DNA of 64,000 bases from Schizochytrium sp. TIO01. Its lineage: Eukaryota > Protista > Bigyra: Labyrinthulomycetes. Where the stretch lies: assembly GCA_004764695.1 (NCBI GenBank), contig SMSO01000025.1, positions 3,348,001-3,412,000 on the forward strand, in the 5' to 3' direction. The position numbers and the translations under genes are program-made. Of the stretch, positions 1-11,789 are shown piece by piece. Within the stretch, counting starts at the first letter, position 1. Each line of letters begins with the position of its first letter. Below the pieces are notes generated by a model. That model had not been told where the DNA came from and searched no databases. It was given only the letters and a program-made list of their open reading frames with translations.

Positions 1-1289
1 TAATATCATGAAGATTTACAAGTTACTCTAGAGGTAGTAATATGCATCTACATTGCATTACCATGTGTGAGACATTGTTGTTCAAGGTGCTCGAGAAAAT
101 CGTTCAAATCGAATTAGAAGTTTGTCTATCTAAATCAGTAACGGTAGATAAATTTGAAGATGCACCTTTAAACCCTTGCCTACAACTAATGCTACGATCA
201 GGCAAGCTCTACTATCACTTTGGCACACACCTACTTGAGTCAAAATTTCTCATGCTGCACCTCCTCAAAGTCCCCTAATTAGAGGATGAGTTAGAGTGTG
301 AAGCATGACAAAATACTACCTGCAAGGCACGTCGGACAGAGAGATGCACTGGTGCTTACACCAAGTGCTACTCGTTTTTCTAATCTTCTTGGTGATGAGC
401 CATGCCTGGCTAATGTCTACTAATAAGGGTGGCAAAACTAGCATGGGTAACCGAGAAACAGTGAATGTGAGACATCAAGGAAGGAGGCAAGTAGGATCAT
501 TTATAGCAGCTCATCGTTCTCTTCTTTTCTTTTTTCGTTTCTTCAAGTTGGTACCTAGGAGTGTGCATAGGAAGCACATTAAAGTTGGGCCAAGATGCAT
601 GACACAAACTCAGTATGTGCAAGGCTTGGTGCGTGGACTCCAGAACTTTAAAAAAAGAGTCTACTTCCTGAAACGGGCATTCAAGCCAGAGCCACTTTTA
701 TTCTACGAGGTAGAAGCTGCACAAACAGCTTCTAGCAAGTATCCATAAAGTCAGACCAGTGGAAGCACTCAGTCTTAAGGATTTGGAGGTGAGAACGTGG
801 CAAATGCGACGTGCTTTTCTATGGTAAGGGACCTCAAACTAGATACTGATCTAGGCATCGATGGACAGAAAATTGGGAAAGGGAAGATCAGTACTTTCTG
901 CTGAGGTCTCTAATTAAAGAGACATCTGGACGAAATATTGTTAAAATTCTTTGTGTGCCAGTGTAAGTCCTAAAATAATTAGAATTCGCTACTAAACAAT
1001 CAGATGTTTCGCTGTGACGTTAATGGCCCCAAGAGCCAAACCTATACATATACATTTAATAAAAGTAAGTATGGTGAAGTTCCAACTAATGACTGATGAG
1101 ACGTCTCAACCCAAACTCTTCAATTGTTCCCGATAAAGATCAATTCTATCTCAGTCTTCTAATTATAACACAAATCAGTCGACCTTCAATCTTAGCGATA
1201 GCAGTCGCTAACTTTATGAACTACTAAGCACTCTTCACGTCCTCTCTAGGCGTCTTGTCGTCATCTTCCTAGTCAATGTTTAGCTAACC

Positions 1290-2360
1290 GAATTCATCTT
1301 TCAGTAGTTGCTGTAGTAGATGTGAAGTGAAGTGGCAGTTTGCAAATACCTAAGGCATGCCAAATATGATAATTCTTAGCGTTCTATTCTATCATCATAA
1401 TAACATTATTCAGCATCACGAAGCGAGCCATGATTTAGATACATAAGAGCTGCGACAAGGGAGAACAATAATAATGACCATACTAAATATACAATATATC
1501 TCTAACGAAATAACTTTAATGGGGCATATGTACAAGAAACTTGAGCAAGACTAACCCTCCCTTGACATCATTATCCTTAAATTTTGGATTAAATTTGAGT
1601 CGTGCTCCGGGAATTTGCTTCCGTTTGGTTGTCCTTGAAATGATGCAACTTTCAGGCCAGATTTAGGGTTCCGTGACCTGTCTCGTTCGCAGTTATGACT
1701 CACGCTTTTGCGACCGAGGCGTAGGACTTTGTAATCTTACACGCTCTTTATGCTTTGAAAATGTGAAGAATTACTTGGCTTACTTCCAGTCTAAGAATGG
1801 TGAGTTCTCCAATCGAAGGAACTAGTGGACAAGACATTGCTAGAGTTCTTAGTGTCCGTTTGTAAAACCTCAGTAGACATAGCGTTTACAAAAGAGCAAG
1901 AATAGGCACCAAACTCGTGTGGCTGCCGGAGCAAAGAACTAGAAGTGTGAATACACATTACCTACATTCAAGCATGGTGTAGCTTGAATCGGTGGTTGGA
2001 GAAGTTGGATTAACCCCATCTATTATCTCTAGCAACTTTCAAGAATGTCTTAATCTCCCTAATTACTACATGAATCCATCTATCCTGAAATTTATTTTCC
2101 AGGACAGCAGTTCGCTAACTCGTAAACCAACCTCCTTAAAGCCTTCATCAAACCTCTTGCCTTCATCTTTACAGTCAACCTCAAGCTAATCAGAATCACC
2201 TTTCAGCAAAGAACATTGTTTCCAGGCTAACGTTTTAATCCTCGTTTGCTCCACAATACAAAATGTATTCACCCTCGTAATGCCCTAAGTCTGCTGCCAG
2301 ATTTAATAGAATTGTGCGATGTTGTAGGCTCTATTCGAAGATCACTGTAAGCATATTCCA
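1290..2360 (-). pseudogene. Possible decayed Crinkler (CRN)-like gene: header motifs plus P-loop remnant
   Basis: Manual minus-strand translation across stops and frameshifts gives MFFA (2205-2216), KGDSD*L (stop where the W of DWL is expected, 2183-2191), WIHVVI (2061-2078), then RIIIFGMP/GICK (~1339-1376) and HFTSHLLQQLLK. The order and spacing resemble LFLAK-DWL-HVLV followed by GxPGIGKS. Confidence 0.3.
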
Positions 2361-5300
2361 AACTCTTGGCTGTTCAAAATTTTCTAGAAAGTGAGTTTTC
2401 CTTTTGCAATTTAAAAAAAAAGGGTATTTTACCAGGCTCTACTGGAATACTTATCTTATTAGCAATCGAAAATCGGTATTTTCAAGCCACATAGCTGTGC
2501 ATTTTTCCTGTTATTATTTGCCCAACTTCGTGATTCAATACATTGCATTTTGCATTTTCCCAAGCTGATTTGGAAAGATTTTCCATCTTTTTTGTATGCT
2601 GAGTAGTTCTCTTTTGCCTCGTAATTTGATTTCGTTTTTTAATTTGAAATTGACCGGTTTGGTGAAATGAACAAATTTTATCGTTGCTAAATCTTGAATA
2701 AATCTGCATCATGCTCAACGACCCCATGAAATCACCCTGGCTAACATCATGCACATTTCAGGTCTGGCAACTCTCTTGGACTGAACATGGCAATGCACAT
2801 ATCGTCCTTTATGTGGAGTTTTCTGCAGATGCACACACGTCCTTTGACAGGTGTTCTGACTCTATCATTTGAGGACATACAGCTCCGATCATCGGTGTCC
2901 GCGTTGTGGACATTAAAGGCGAGGTATTAGAGAATGTTTCAACAATTCTCATATGAAAAACATGAGGTCAGGGAGTCCACTCTCGATTCTATACCTCACA
3001 AGTTCGACAAAAGTTGAAAGATAGATGCAATACGTGATACTCTAATTTGTAGGCTTTGCATAAATTCAACCTTTCCAAGAGTGTCTTTAGCTTTAGCCTG
3101 TGCAGAAGATAGAGTATTGACCATAACTACAGAGACAACATGTTAGTCTCTGCTAATCTTAAAGCCCAAGGTATGAGTGAAGTTTGTTGACTTATTAAGT
3201 TTCTACCCAAATAAAAGGGTTGTTAAGAGTAGTCTCTACCTAGTGGGAGTGTCATGAGCCTTATAAAGGACGACCGCTGTAATTAAAGGGGTCTACTATG
3301 TTCCTTTGTGAGTCTTAGGCACTCTCACCAGAGCTATACATTTTTGTTTGCATATAGAAGCAATCGTGGATTTGATTCCCTTTTTGTTAAAGATCATATC
3401 TTGAGTTATTTAGAATAGGTCTATGTTAGTTCGCGATCTCAGCGTTTGGACCCGTTTGAGATAGCCATCTTACTGTTGAAAGGGTTGTGCCCGATTCTCC
3501 CATTCTCTCCTAACCGAGGTTTTGCGCTGATCGCGTGAAATCCAGATCCGCTAGTTCCTTACCCAAAAGATTAACACAAGATTCTTCTTTCCAGACAATG
3601 ATTCGCCGCGCATCTCAGTTGGAAATCTGATCTACATAAGGCGTGATGTTTTCTCGGGGCTAGCCGCTTTTGCAGATTCTTGGTTGAATTCTAATCTGCC
3701 CTCAGTTACACCTTATGAAATGGGAGCGAAGTCGCTCATGACCGACTTTATCTGTCCAGGAGAACTCCTGAATAAACATCTCTTAGTACTTACAGTAAAC
3801 TGATTCTTTGTCGTACAAAACTTGAACAGCGCAAGGTGTCCGCACACCTCCTTATATTTCCTTTTCTCAAGTTATGATGCAAACTGACCAGGACCATTGT
3901 TCACCTTTTGTCAGCAATTCGAAATACCGCCTTGGAGCTCACTCGTTGAAAGAGCATTTTGCGACAAGCTATGTCTCACAAGACAATACCGACGTCCAAT
4001 TTTCAAAGTACAAATAAAAGACGATCCAGGCTCCCCGAGAACCAAGTGCATATAAGCTAGAACGCTCAGTATAGCATCACGCTCAAACGCAAGCCAAACG
4101 ATACGCTTTCTCAGAGGGATAGACATCTACAGCTTCAGCACTTTGACCAACCTCTGAGCGTTGCCAGACAAGGCATCGTTTTAGCTTGTAAGCAAGATTT
4201 TTCAGGGTCGATGAAAGAGGCCAGTGCGTTTTGGTCCCGCTATGTTCCAATAGAGAAATCCTCCCAAATGCTTTGAAAGATACCTCTCTCTCTAAACGTC
4301 AAGTCGCTTTCTCCCTTCAATTCTTGGCTCTTCACCAATATTGCGGGGACCCCAATTCTAGCAGGAGCAAGTTTCATGATCTTTCACAACGCAATGCTGA
4401 CGCTTAGAACTCCGTTGCTTTAGACTGATCTCTGGCGGACAAAGCTGTGACCGCCGATGCAAAAGCGGTCTCATTTCTTGCCGCATCCCGTCAAGAGCAT
4501 GTTGAGACGTCAAGTACGCCCAAATCTTTGTTAATCCGCTCTTCTATATCCAATCTATTTACTAAACTTCAAGTGCTTACATGATCTTGAAGATTTCCAG
4601 CTTTCAAAACGAGAGAAAAATGAAAAGTGGGAACTGTTACTACTACTACTACTATCACTATGGAGGGAACTAGCCTATCCAAAGCTATAGCTGATATATA
4701 GTTAAGTGAAGTGAGGGAGGGACTCTTTGGACCTGGGATGAACAGGATCAGAATGAACCAAAGACCATAGAACGGTATCGTTCGCGGCCCATGCGGTCTT
4801 CGAGGCGGACTGCAAAAGGACCAGTCTGCGACTCTGGTTGGCGTGTATTGAACGCAAGCCTTTGATTGCACCGCCGATGGCAGGTAAGATAAAAGCAGCA
4901 GTATTCGCTCTTTTTCGCAAGCCCTGGGGCAGTTTTGTCAAACCTACCTGCTATGTATAACCAAAAGATCTACCTTGTGACGGTAGGTAGGCCAGCAATT
5001 GAGCTGTATAAGACACTGTAGAAATAGGTGATCCTCTCACGAACTATAGCGTATAATGATGTATTCCTTCCTAGGTACACAGTAACTTTTTACCAACTCG
5101 AGGCAGCAAAGCGGTGCAAAATATTGTATGCATTGGCTTACGAATGGTTAGAGGTACTTTCTATTTAGCCATCGTTGTTGCGATTAGTGCAAGCACAAGA
5201 TCTAACACGATCTAGGAATCGAGCCAGCCGGTTCTGGTAGTGAACCCGTGCGTCAGCATGATGGGTTTTGCTTTAGTAAATCTACTTTAGCAAAGGCAAA

Positions 5301-5967
5301 CTTGAAGGTGATTCGCTTACTGCCACGAGCGAGAAGGTCGCAACAGCACTTGTCCTGTTTCATGCTAAAAGCGTTCAGGCCCGTGCCATTTTCAATCTAT
5401 CGATTAAAAGTGTAAACCGATCAAGCTCCAAGTTGCTGGGAAACTTCTCAAAGACTCTGACCTATTAAATTCATGAATATCCATGTAGTAGCACTTTCCT
5501 CGTGACTGCAATAGAATCCGAGAAGATTGTGGATCTACTATCAATTGCATGGATCTCAAAAGATCGCACAAGACCGGAACTGCAAAGTTTCACATCGTTG
5601 CAGTCCAAATATGCACCGCTCGGTAAGACTTTTATGATGATTTTCTGATCGTTGCAATCTCTACATGATGTAAAGTACGGAATTTAATATCTTTGCTATA
5701 AGGAAGGTGAATCAAGAGTACAAAGTTTGATTTCCTCTTAGATACACAGATCAAAGGAAAGTTAAACGCCTTTGGCTACTTAGATGATACTACCTTTTAA
5801 ACTCAGATAGTATGCCAAAGTAGGTAGGTACCTACTCTTTCAAAAAGCAACTCAAGTTCAAGACAAAGCAAAGCAAACCTGAAATCCCAGACCTGAAATA
5901 GATTCGGCAAAGGACGTGACATTACAAATAAATAAGATAAGTACGTGTCTTAAAGTTATAAGCCACC

Positions 5968-7626
5968 ATGGAGACTACACGAAAGCGCGTTGCTGTCATT
6001 GGTGCCGGAATGTGTGGTATGAAGGCACTGAAGGAAATGGTCGCTGCTGGCTTCGACACCACTTGCTTCGAGTTGAGTGAAGATATTGGTGGGATCTGGC
6101 GCTTCACCGAAGAGGAATCGCTCTCGTCCGTCTATCGTTCGACACGTATCAACACCCTTCGCGCAGGAAACTCGTTTGCCGACTTTCCGATTCCTGAAAG
6201 CTACCCCCTTGCCATGGACCACAATGATGTCATGCGCTATTTCCGAGCCTACGTGAATCAGTTTGACCTTCTGCAGTACATCAAGTTCAATACGAAGGTC
6301 TTGACAATCGAACCTTTCAAAGCTCGTCAAGGAAACAAGGACTGGTCGTGGCGAATTGTTACGGAGCCTACGGATGGCGAGGGTGAACCAACTGAGACTA
6401 TCTTTGATGGTGTGGTTGTTTGCTCTGGGCATCACTCCAAGCCGCACAAGTTCCCTTTCAAGGGTCTCGAGACATTCCCTGGTATCCAGATGCACTCCCA
6501 CTCTTACAAGGACAATTCGAAGTTTGTTGGTAAACGCTGTGTCGTTGTTGGCATTGGTAACTCTGGTTCTGATGTAGTGACTGAGATCGCCAAGGTTGCT
6601 TCTAGGACCGTCCTGGTTGCTCGACGTGGTTCATGGATCATCCCTAACCCCTTCATTGATCCCCAGTCTGATGTCGTATCGCGTTTTGACCAAAACATCC
6701 TCGGCCGTATTTCTCAACGTGCCCAGGCTCACCTTGTTGAATCGCAGCGTCAGGAAGCCTACAACAAGCTTAAGAAGGCAAACCTCAACCCAACTTATGG
6801 GTTTAATGAGGCGCACCCCACTCTAACGAATAATAGCCCGGATAACAACTTTTATGAGCAGCTTGATGCCGGACGAATTGAAGGACGTCGTGGCATCGAT
6901 CGTTTTGAAGGCTCTAATGTTTACTTCACGGACGGTACGTCCATGGAAGCTGACGCTGTGGTATTCTGCACTGGCTACAAACTCACGTACCCATTTCTCA
7001 GTAGCCAGATTCTTGAGACCAACGATGCCAATGAAATTGAGCTCTACAAGTACATGTTCCCTGTTGGTGACAAACAGGTCGATAACATTGCCTTCATCGG
7101 TGTTGTGCAGCCTGTTGGCCCTATGGCTATGATTGCTGATGTGCAGACCCGTGTTGTCGCCCAATACCTCAAGGGTAAGGTTCCCCTTCCTAGCCGTGAA
7201 GTCATGAAAACAGACATCCGCCAAAAGCGCGAATTCAACTTGAACTGGTATTACCGTGCACCTCGTCACACCATTCAGGTGTCGATGCGTCCTTACCTCG
7301 ATGAAATTGGTGAGATGATTGGCTGCACCCCTACGTTTTTCCGTTTACTTTTTAAAGCCCCGTGGCTCTTGTATGCCGCATATCGCACGCCCACCATGGG
7401 TGCCCACTACCGTCTGGTAGGCTATGGTGCAAATCAAAATCTTGCGACTTATGATCTTGCGAAGGAGCGCCAGGCTTGCTTCAGCCACATGCGCAACCGT
7501 AAAACCTTGCTTGGCTTCATCCTGTACTACATCAAGCTTTATGGCATGATTTTCCCTATGGCTGTCTTTTACCAGCTCAAGTCCCTTCTTACTACTGGCA
7601 AAACCTTCTTCTTTCTCTGGGATTAA
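5968..7626 (+). CDS. Flavin-containing monooxygenase (FMO family), copy 1
   Basis: 552 aa. FAD motif VAVIGAGMCG, GGIW, FMO fingerprint FPGIQMHSHSYK (FxGxxxHxxxY), NADPH motif VVGIGNSG, DAVVFCTGY, hydrophobic C-terminus. Confidence 0.95.
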   Translation: METTRKRVAVIGAGMCGMKALKEMVAAGFDTTCFELSEDIGGIWRFTEEESLSSVYRSTRINTLRAGNSFADFPIPESYPLAMDHNDVMRYFRAYVNQFDLLQYIKFNTKVLTIEPFKARQGNKDWSWRIVTEPTDGEGEPTETIFDGVVVCSGHHSKPHKFPFKGLETFPGIQMHSHSYKDNSKFVGKRCVVVGIGNSGSDVVTEIAKVASRTVLVARRGSWIIPNPFIDPQSDVVSRFDQNILGRISQRAQAHLVESQRQEAYNKLKKANLNPTYGFNEAHPTLTNNSPDNNFYEQLDAGRIEGRRGIDRFEGSNVYFTDGTSMEADAVVFCTGYKLTYPFLSSQILETNDANEIELYKYMFPVGDKQVDNIAFIGVVQPVGPMAMIADVQTRVVAQYLKGKVPLPSREVMKTDIRQKREFNLNWYYRAPRHTIQVSMRPYLDEIGEMIGCTPTFFRLLFKAPWLLYAAYRTPTMGAHYRLVGYGANQNLATYDLAKERQACFSHMRNRKTLLGFILYYIKLYGMIFPMAVFYQLKSLLTTGKTFFFLWD

Positions 7627-8449
7627 GCTTTGTGCGCCTACTTTTCGATATTTTCTTCACTATTTGAAGCGCTTCGATTACTTTCTATATATTTCAAGTC
7701 TATCTTATTTTCCTCTTCTTACTGACAGCTCTCCTCAGCCCTCTTCATCATATCCTTATGACCTCTTCTCTGAATGTATCCCGTGCCATTTCTTCTTGTG
7801 ATTGAAGATTTTCACATATACATGTTACATCACTGCACCTTTTGATGTCTAAGTTGTGATTGGTTTCAATCCCAATAGTTCCCGAAAGGTCACTGATTAC
7901 CCTATGTAAGAATATCTTAGCTGAATCTTTTTTGATTAAATATTTGAAAGAAAAAAATGCTGTGTTCCAGAAGTTCTTTGTCGTTATCCTCCGACAACGG
8001 TGTTGTCTTTTCAGGTCTTTACGGTTCAACTCGATCTCACAAACGGGCTTCGAGAAGTGCTGTGTTTGTGGTAGCTAGAGTTGGGTAGCTATAATGTTGC
8101 GATCCTCCAAAGGTTGCGAACGATGAACAAGTACACGCAGACAGTAGTGATGGATTCCAAAGTTATAGCTCTTGGAACTTTCGGCTCGCTCAGTTTCGAC
8201 GGGCGGGATTTTTCGACGTGCCGAGATGCCACCTTATGAACGCATCATCGAGCATGACTAGAACCCGCGTAGTGAATAACGTTAGACTCCTATGCTAGTT
8301 AACGTGGTCGTCTTTATTGGTGCTTCGCAGGCGCCTAAGTCAATACGCAAATCCAAAGCCTTCCTTAGACGAGAGGCAAACAAGAAACACCAGTTTTGGA
8401 TTGATAATATATCAAGTTTAGACCCTCGTCCTAAGCCGTGGTGAAGAAA

Positions 8450-10153
8450 ATGCAACGCGCTACTCTAGACATGATTTCAAATGCGTCAAAGAAGAAACAT
8501 GTTGCTGTACTAGGTGCAGGTATGTGCGGCTTGAAGACAATCAAAGAACTCCTCGATGCAAACATAGAGGTGACTGCATTTGAGCTCAGCGAAGACATAG
8601 GCGGCATATGGCGGTTCACGGAAAATGAGGATGAGTCCATTTCTTCAAGTGTGTACCGCTCCACCCGGATCAATACGCTTCGCATTGGCAACTCGTTTAC
8701 AGACTTTCCCATCCCTGAAGGCGATTTTCCAGTTTCGATGACGCATTATGATATGATGCGTTACTTTCGAGCCTATGCAGAGGAGTTTGGCCTGTGCAAG
8801 CACATCAAGTTTAATACCAAGGTGCTTCGTATTGAGCCCGGGAAGGCTCGCAACAAGAATGGATCCACATCTTCAGATTGGACCTGGAAGGTAGAAACTG
8901 AAAGCAAAGGAGGAGAGGTCACCGAATCAACGTTTGATGGAGTGGTGATTTGCTCTGGTCATCATTCGATTCCCCGAAAGGTCCAATTTGATGGCTTGGA
9001 TTCCTTTCCAGGGCTACTCATGCACTCTCACACCTACAAAGACAACTCTAAGTTTGTAGGCAAACGCTGCGTAGTTGTTGGTATCGGCAACAGTGGTTCT
9101 GATATAGCTACCGAGATTAGCAAAGTTGCCAAAGAGACTATTCTTGTAGCCAGAAACGGTGTCTGGGTTGTGAAAAATCCTCTGTTTGATAAAGATGCCG
9201 AGGTTGTTACTCGACTTGATCAGAACATTTTAGGTCGCCTTCCTCAGGATGTTAGCGCCCGCATGGCCGAACATGACCATGCCGAGACTCGCGCATTGCT
9301 TGAAAAGGCTGGACTTGGCCCTACCTATGCTTTCAACCAAGGTCATCCAACACTGACAGGAAACTCCCCAGAGAACAACCTGTTGAAGCAAGTGGAGGAA
9401 GGAAAGATCCACGGTCGGCGAGGCATTGACCACTTTGAAGGGTCAACTGTGCATTTTACTGATGGCACGACTTTTGAAGCTGATGCTGTTATTCAGTGTA
9501 CGGGATACAAGCTTGCTTATCCTTATCTTGACCCTGAGGTCTTTCAAGTTCAAGGAGACAATGAGGTGGAGCTTTACAAGTACATGTTTCCACTTGGTCA
9601 CAAGAAGGTCGATAACATTGCCTTTGTGGGTGTAGTGCAACAGCTTGGTGCATTAGCTATGGTTGCGGACGTGCAGTCAAGAATTGTAGCCAAGTATATG
9701 GCCGGCGACTTGCAGCTTCCTAGCCGCCAACTTATGAAGGAAGATATTGTAGCCAAACGTAAATTCAATGCAGATTGGTATTACTCGGCACCGCGTCACA
9801 CAATCCAGGTCTCTCTGCGTCCTTACCTAGATGAGATTGGCGAAATGATTGATGCAACACCTACGTTAACGCGAATTCTATCCCAAAACCCAAGCTTGCT
9901 CTGGCTGGTATACTCCACACCAACATGCGGCAGCCACTACCGTTTGTTTGGATATGGCGCTAAGCCTGAGCTAGCAAAGTACAATATGAACAAGGAATAC
10001 CAGCATTGCTTTTCGCATATGAAGAACCGTACTCTTCTTGGGGGGGTGAGATACTACGCTAACCTTTTTGGAGTTAAACTCCCGATGGCAGCTTACTACC
10101 AAGCCAAATCATTTTTAACGACTGGTAAGACGTTTTTCTTTTGTTGGGAGTAA
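8450..10153 (+). CDS. Flavin-containing monooxygenase (FMO family), copy 2, tandem paralog
   Basis: Same motifs (GAGMCG, FPGLLMHSHTYK, GIGNSG, CTGY) and colinear with copy 1. First ATG is at 8450 (alternative 8471); the ORF-track start at 8438 is GTG. Confidence 0.95.
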   Translation: MQRATLDMISNASKKKHVAVLGAGMCGLKTIKELLDANIEVTAFELSEDIGGIWRFTENEDESISSSVYRSTRINTLRIGNSFTDFPIPEGDFPVSMTHYDMMRYFRAYAEEFGLCKHIKFNTKVLRIEPGKARNKNGSTSSDWTWKVETESKGGEVTESTFDGVVICSGHHSIPRKVQFDGLDSFPGLLMHSHTYKDNSKFVGKRCVVVGIGNSGSDIATEISKVAKETILVARNGVWVVKNPLFDKDAEVVTRLDQNILGRLPQDVSARMAEHDHAETRALLEKAGLGPTYAFNQGHPTLTGNSPENNLLKQVEEGKIHGRRGIDHFEGSTVHFTDGTTFEADAVIQCTGYKLAYPYLDPEVFQVQGDNEVELYKYMFPLGHKKVDNIAFVGVVQQLGALAMVADVQSRIVAKYMAGDLQLPSRQLMKEDIVAKRKFNADWYYSAPRHTIQVSLRPYLDEIGEMIDATPTLTRILSQNPSLLWLVYSTPTCGSHYRLFGYGAKPELAKYNMNKEYQHCFSHMKNRTLLGGVRYYANLFGVKLPMAAYYQAKSFLTTGKTFFFCWE

Positions 10154-10742
10154 AATATATATTCAGAAAGATTATACTCCAGTAAATTTGAGAAGTTGAG
10201 CTTAAATAGCTGCTGTGTATTTTGTGAGCTGTTTGCAGTTTCCGAAAAACTGGAAAGTCACTCCGACTGATGAAAACCGAAATCTCACTAACACAAATCT
10301 ATATGTTCATACAACATAGGATCTAAGCAAGCATCAAGAGGGCAACTAGTCAGTAGACTCATTATAAGTTCAACGTGTCTTCTTCTTCTTGTGTTTTTTA
10401 TTTTTATTTTTTTGTACTTTCATAGTTAAAATAACTCCTTCCTTGTAGGTCTCCATCGCGGTGGTATACTGTCGAGATCGTGAGTGCGTATGTAAACCAA
10501 GAAGGTTGGGGTAGTGCAGGTGCTGTAATTGGTATCATTATTGAGACTGGAGCAGGAAGCAACGGGGCAGTCTCTCTAATTTATAAAAGAGAGTTACCCC
10601 GGATACAGAATTAGTACGTACAAATTCGATGGCCTGTCTCGCTTGTCGGTTTGAAGAGATCTCAGGAATTTGACCTATGTATCCATAGTAGACAGCCTTG
10701 ATCTTTTTGCTTGCTACTTACGTAGATGGGATTTATTCGAAA

Positions 10743-11789
10743 TTAGTAATCCTCAGCGAACTGGGAGGACGAGGTGGAGTTTTCAGCCTCTACGGAGTCC
10801 TGCGAGGGCAAGTCATCACCCAGAACCTCCTTAGACTCGGCAGCATGTGTAACGTGCTGCTCTTCATCATCCTCTTCCTCGGTGGTGGCAAGCACAGATT
10901 CAGCAGCAGCTAGAGCTGCCTCTCCCTTGGGATCATCCTCGGTGGCGTAGAGAACCTTGAGCACATTGAGCACAATATCGCGGTCCGGGCCGCTGTAAGC
11001 CTGAAGCAAAAGCTCGACGTCGCGAAGTTTGCTAAAGTAAAACTGACTCTCCTTCTCGGCGCCCTCAAGGTTCAGCTTGAGATCAGCATTGGAGTTCTGA
11101 AGGTCCTTGACCTGTTGTTCGAGCTCTTCAATCTTCTCGGCACTCTTACTATCCGCGCGAGAGGAAGAGCTCGAAGTTGAGACCCTGTTGGTGCGAGATT
11201 GGTTCTCCTTCTCCTTAGTCACACGAGAAGGTGCAACACTCTTGGTGGCGGTCGTTGTTGGTGTAGTGGTGCTGGCACGCGGAGCGGCAGTAGTCGTGCG
11301 CGGCGCTGGCCGTGAAACGGGTTTGCGCGCTGCAGGCTTTACTGCTCCACCCTGGGCAGGCTTGTACAGGTTGACACCCTTGCCAAGGTTGCGACGGCCG
11401 ATAGCATCGTAATCTTCAGGAATGTTGCCTTCATGGTCCATGAAAACAGAGCGAACCCACTGCAGGTGCTCAAGGTTGTCCTGGTACTTGGCACGAATCA
11501 GGCGATCCACGGGAATGTGGCGAGTAATGCTAAGCTTGTCAAATACAGCTTGGAGGACTTTGTAGTTGGAGACAAACTCATGGTCGCTGCGAGCACCCCA
11601 GTTCACCTTCTTCATCGGTACGGTTCCAGGGAACAGAGCGTCCATAACTTGACAGACGACAGCTCCGTTCGCGGTCTCTTCGACCTTGCTGAGGTTCAAT
11701 GAAAGCAGCTCGTTAAGCCAGTCAATGATCTCACGGCGACCTACAAAGTAGGCCTCGTTCATCATGCCGACAGCGCGATCAGTAGCCAT
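10743..11789 (-). CDS. EB1: Microtubule plus-end-binding protein, EB1/RP family
   Basis: N-terminal CH domain (AYFVGRREIIDWLN...AKYQDNLEHLQW), S/T/P-rich linker, coiled coil plus EBH (EKESQFYFSKLRDVE...VLYAT), acidic tail ending EDY (EEY/F-like). Confidence 0.95.
   Translation of the reverse strand: MATDRAVGMMNEAYFVGRREIIDWLNELLSLNLSKVEETANGAVVCQVMDALFPGTVPMKKVNWGARSDHEFVSNYKVLQAVFDKLSITRHIPVDRLIRAKYQDNLEHLQWVRSVFMDHEGNIPEDYDAIGRRNLGKGVNLYKPAQGGAVKPAARKPVSRPAPRTTTAAPRASTTTPTTTATKSVAPSRVTKEKENQSRTNRVSTSSSSSRADSKSAEKIEELEQQVKDLQNSNADLKLNLEGAEKESQFYFSKLRDVELLLQAYSGPDRDIVLNVLKVLYATEDDPKGEAALAAAESVLATTEEEDDEEQHVTHAAESKEVLGDDLPSQDSVEAENSTSSSQFAEDY

Noticed and set aside
42-748. Plus-strand ORFs at the window start
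   Set aside because: No recognisable motifs. Possibly decayed coding DNA, but this cannot be supported from the sequence alone.
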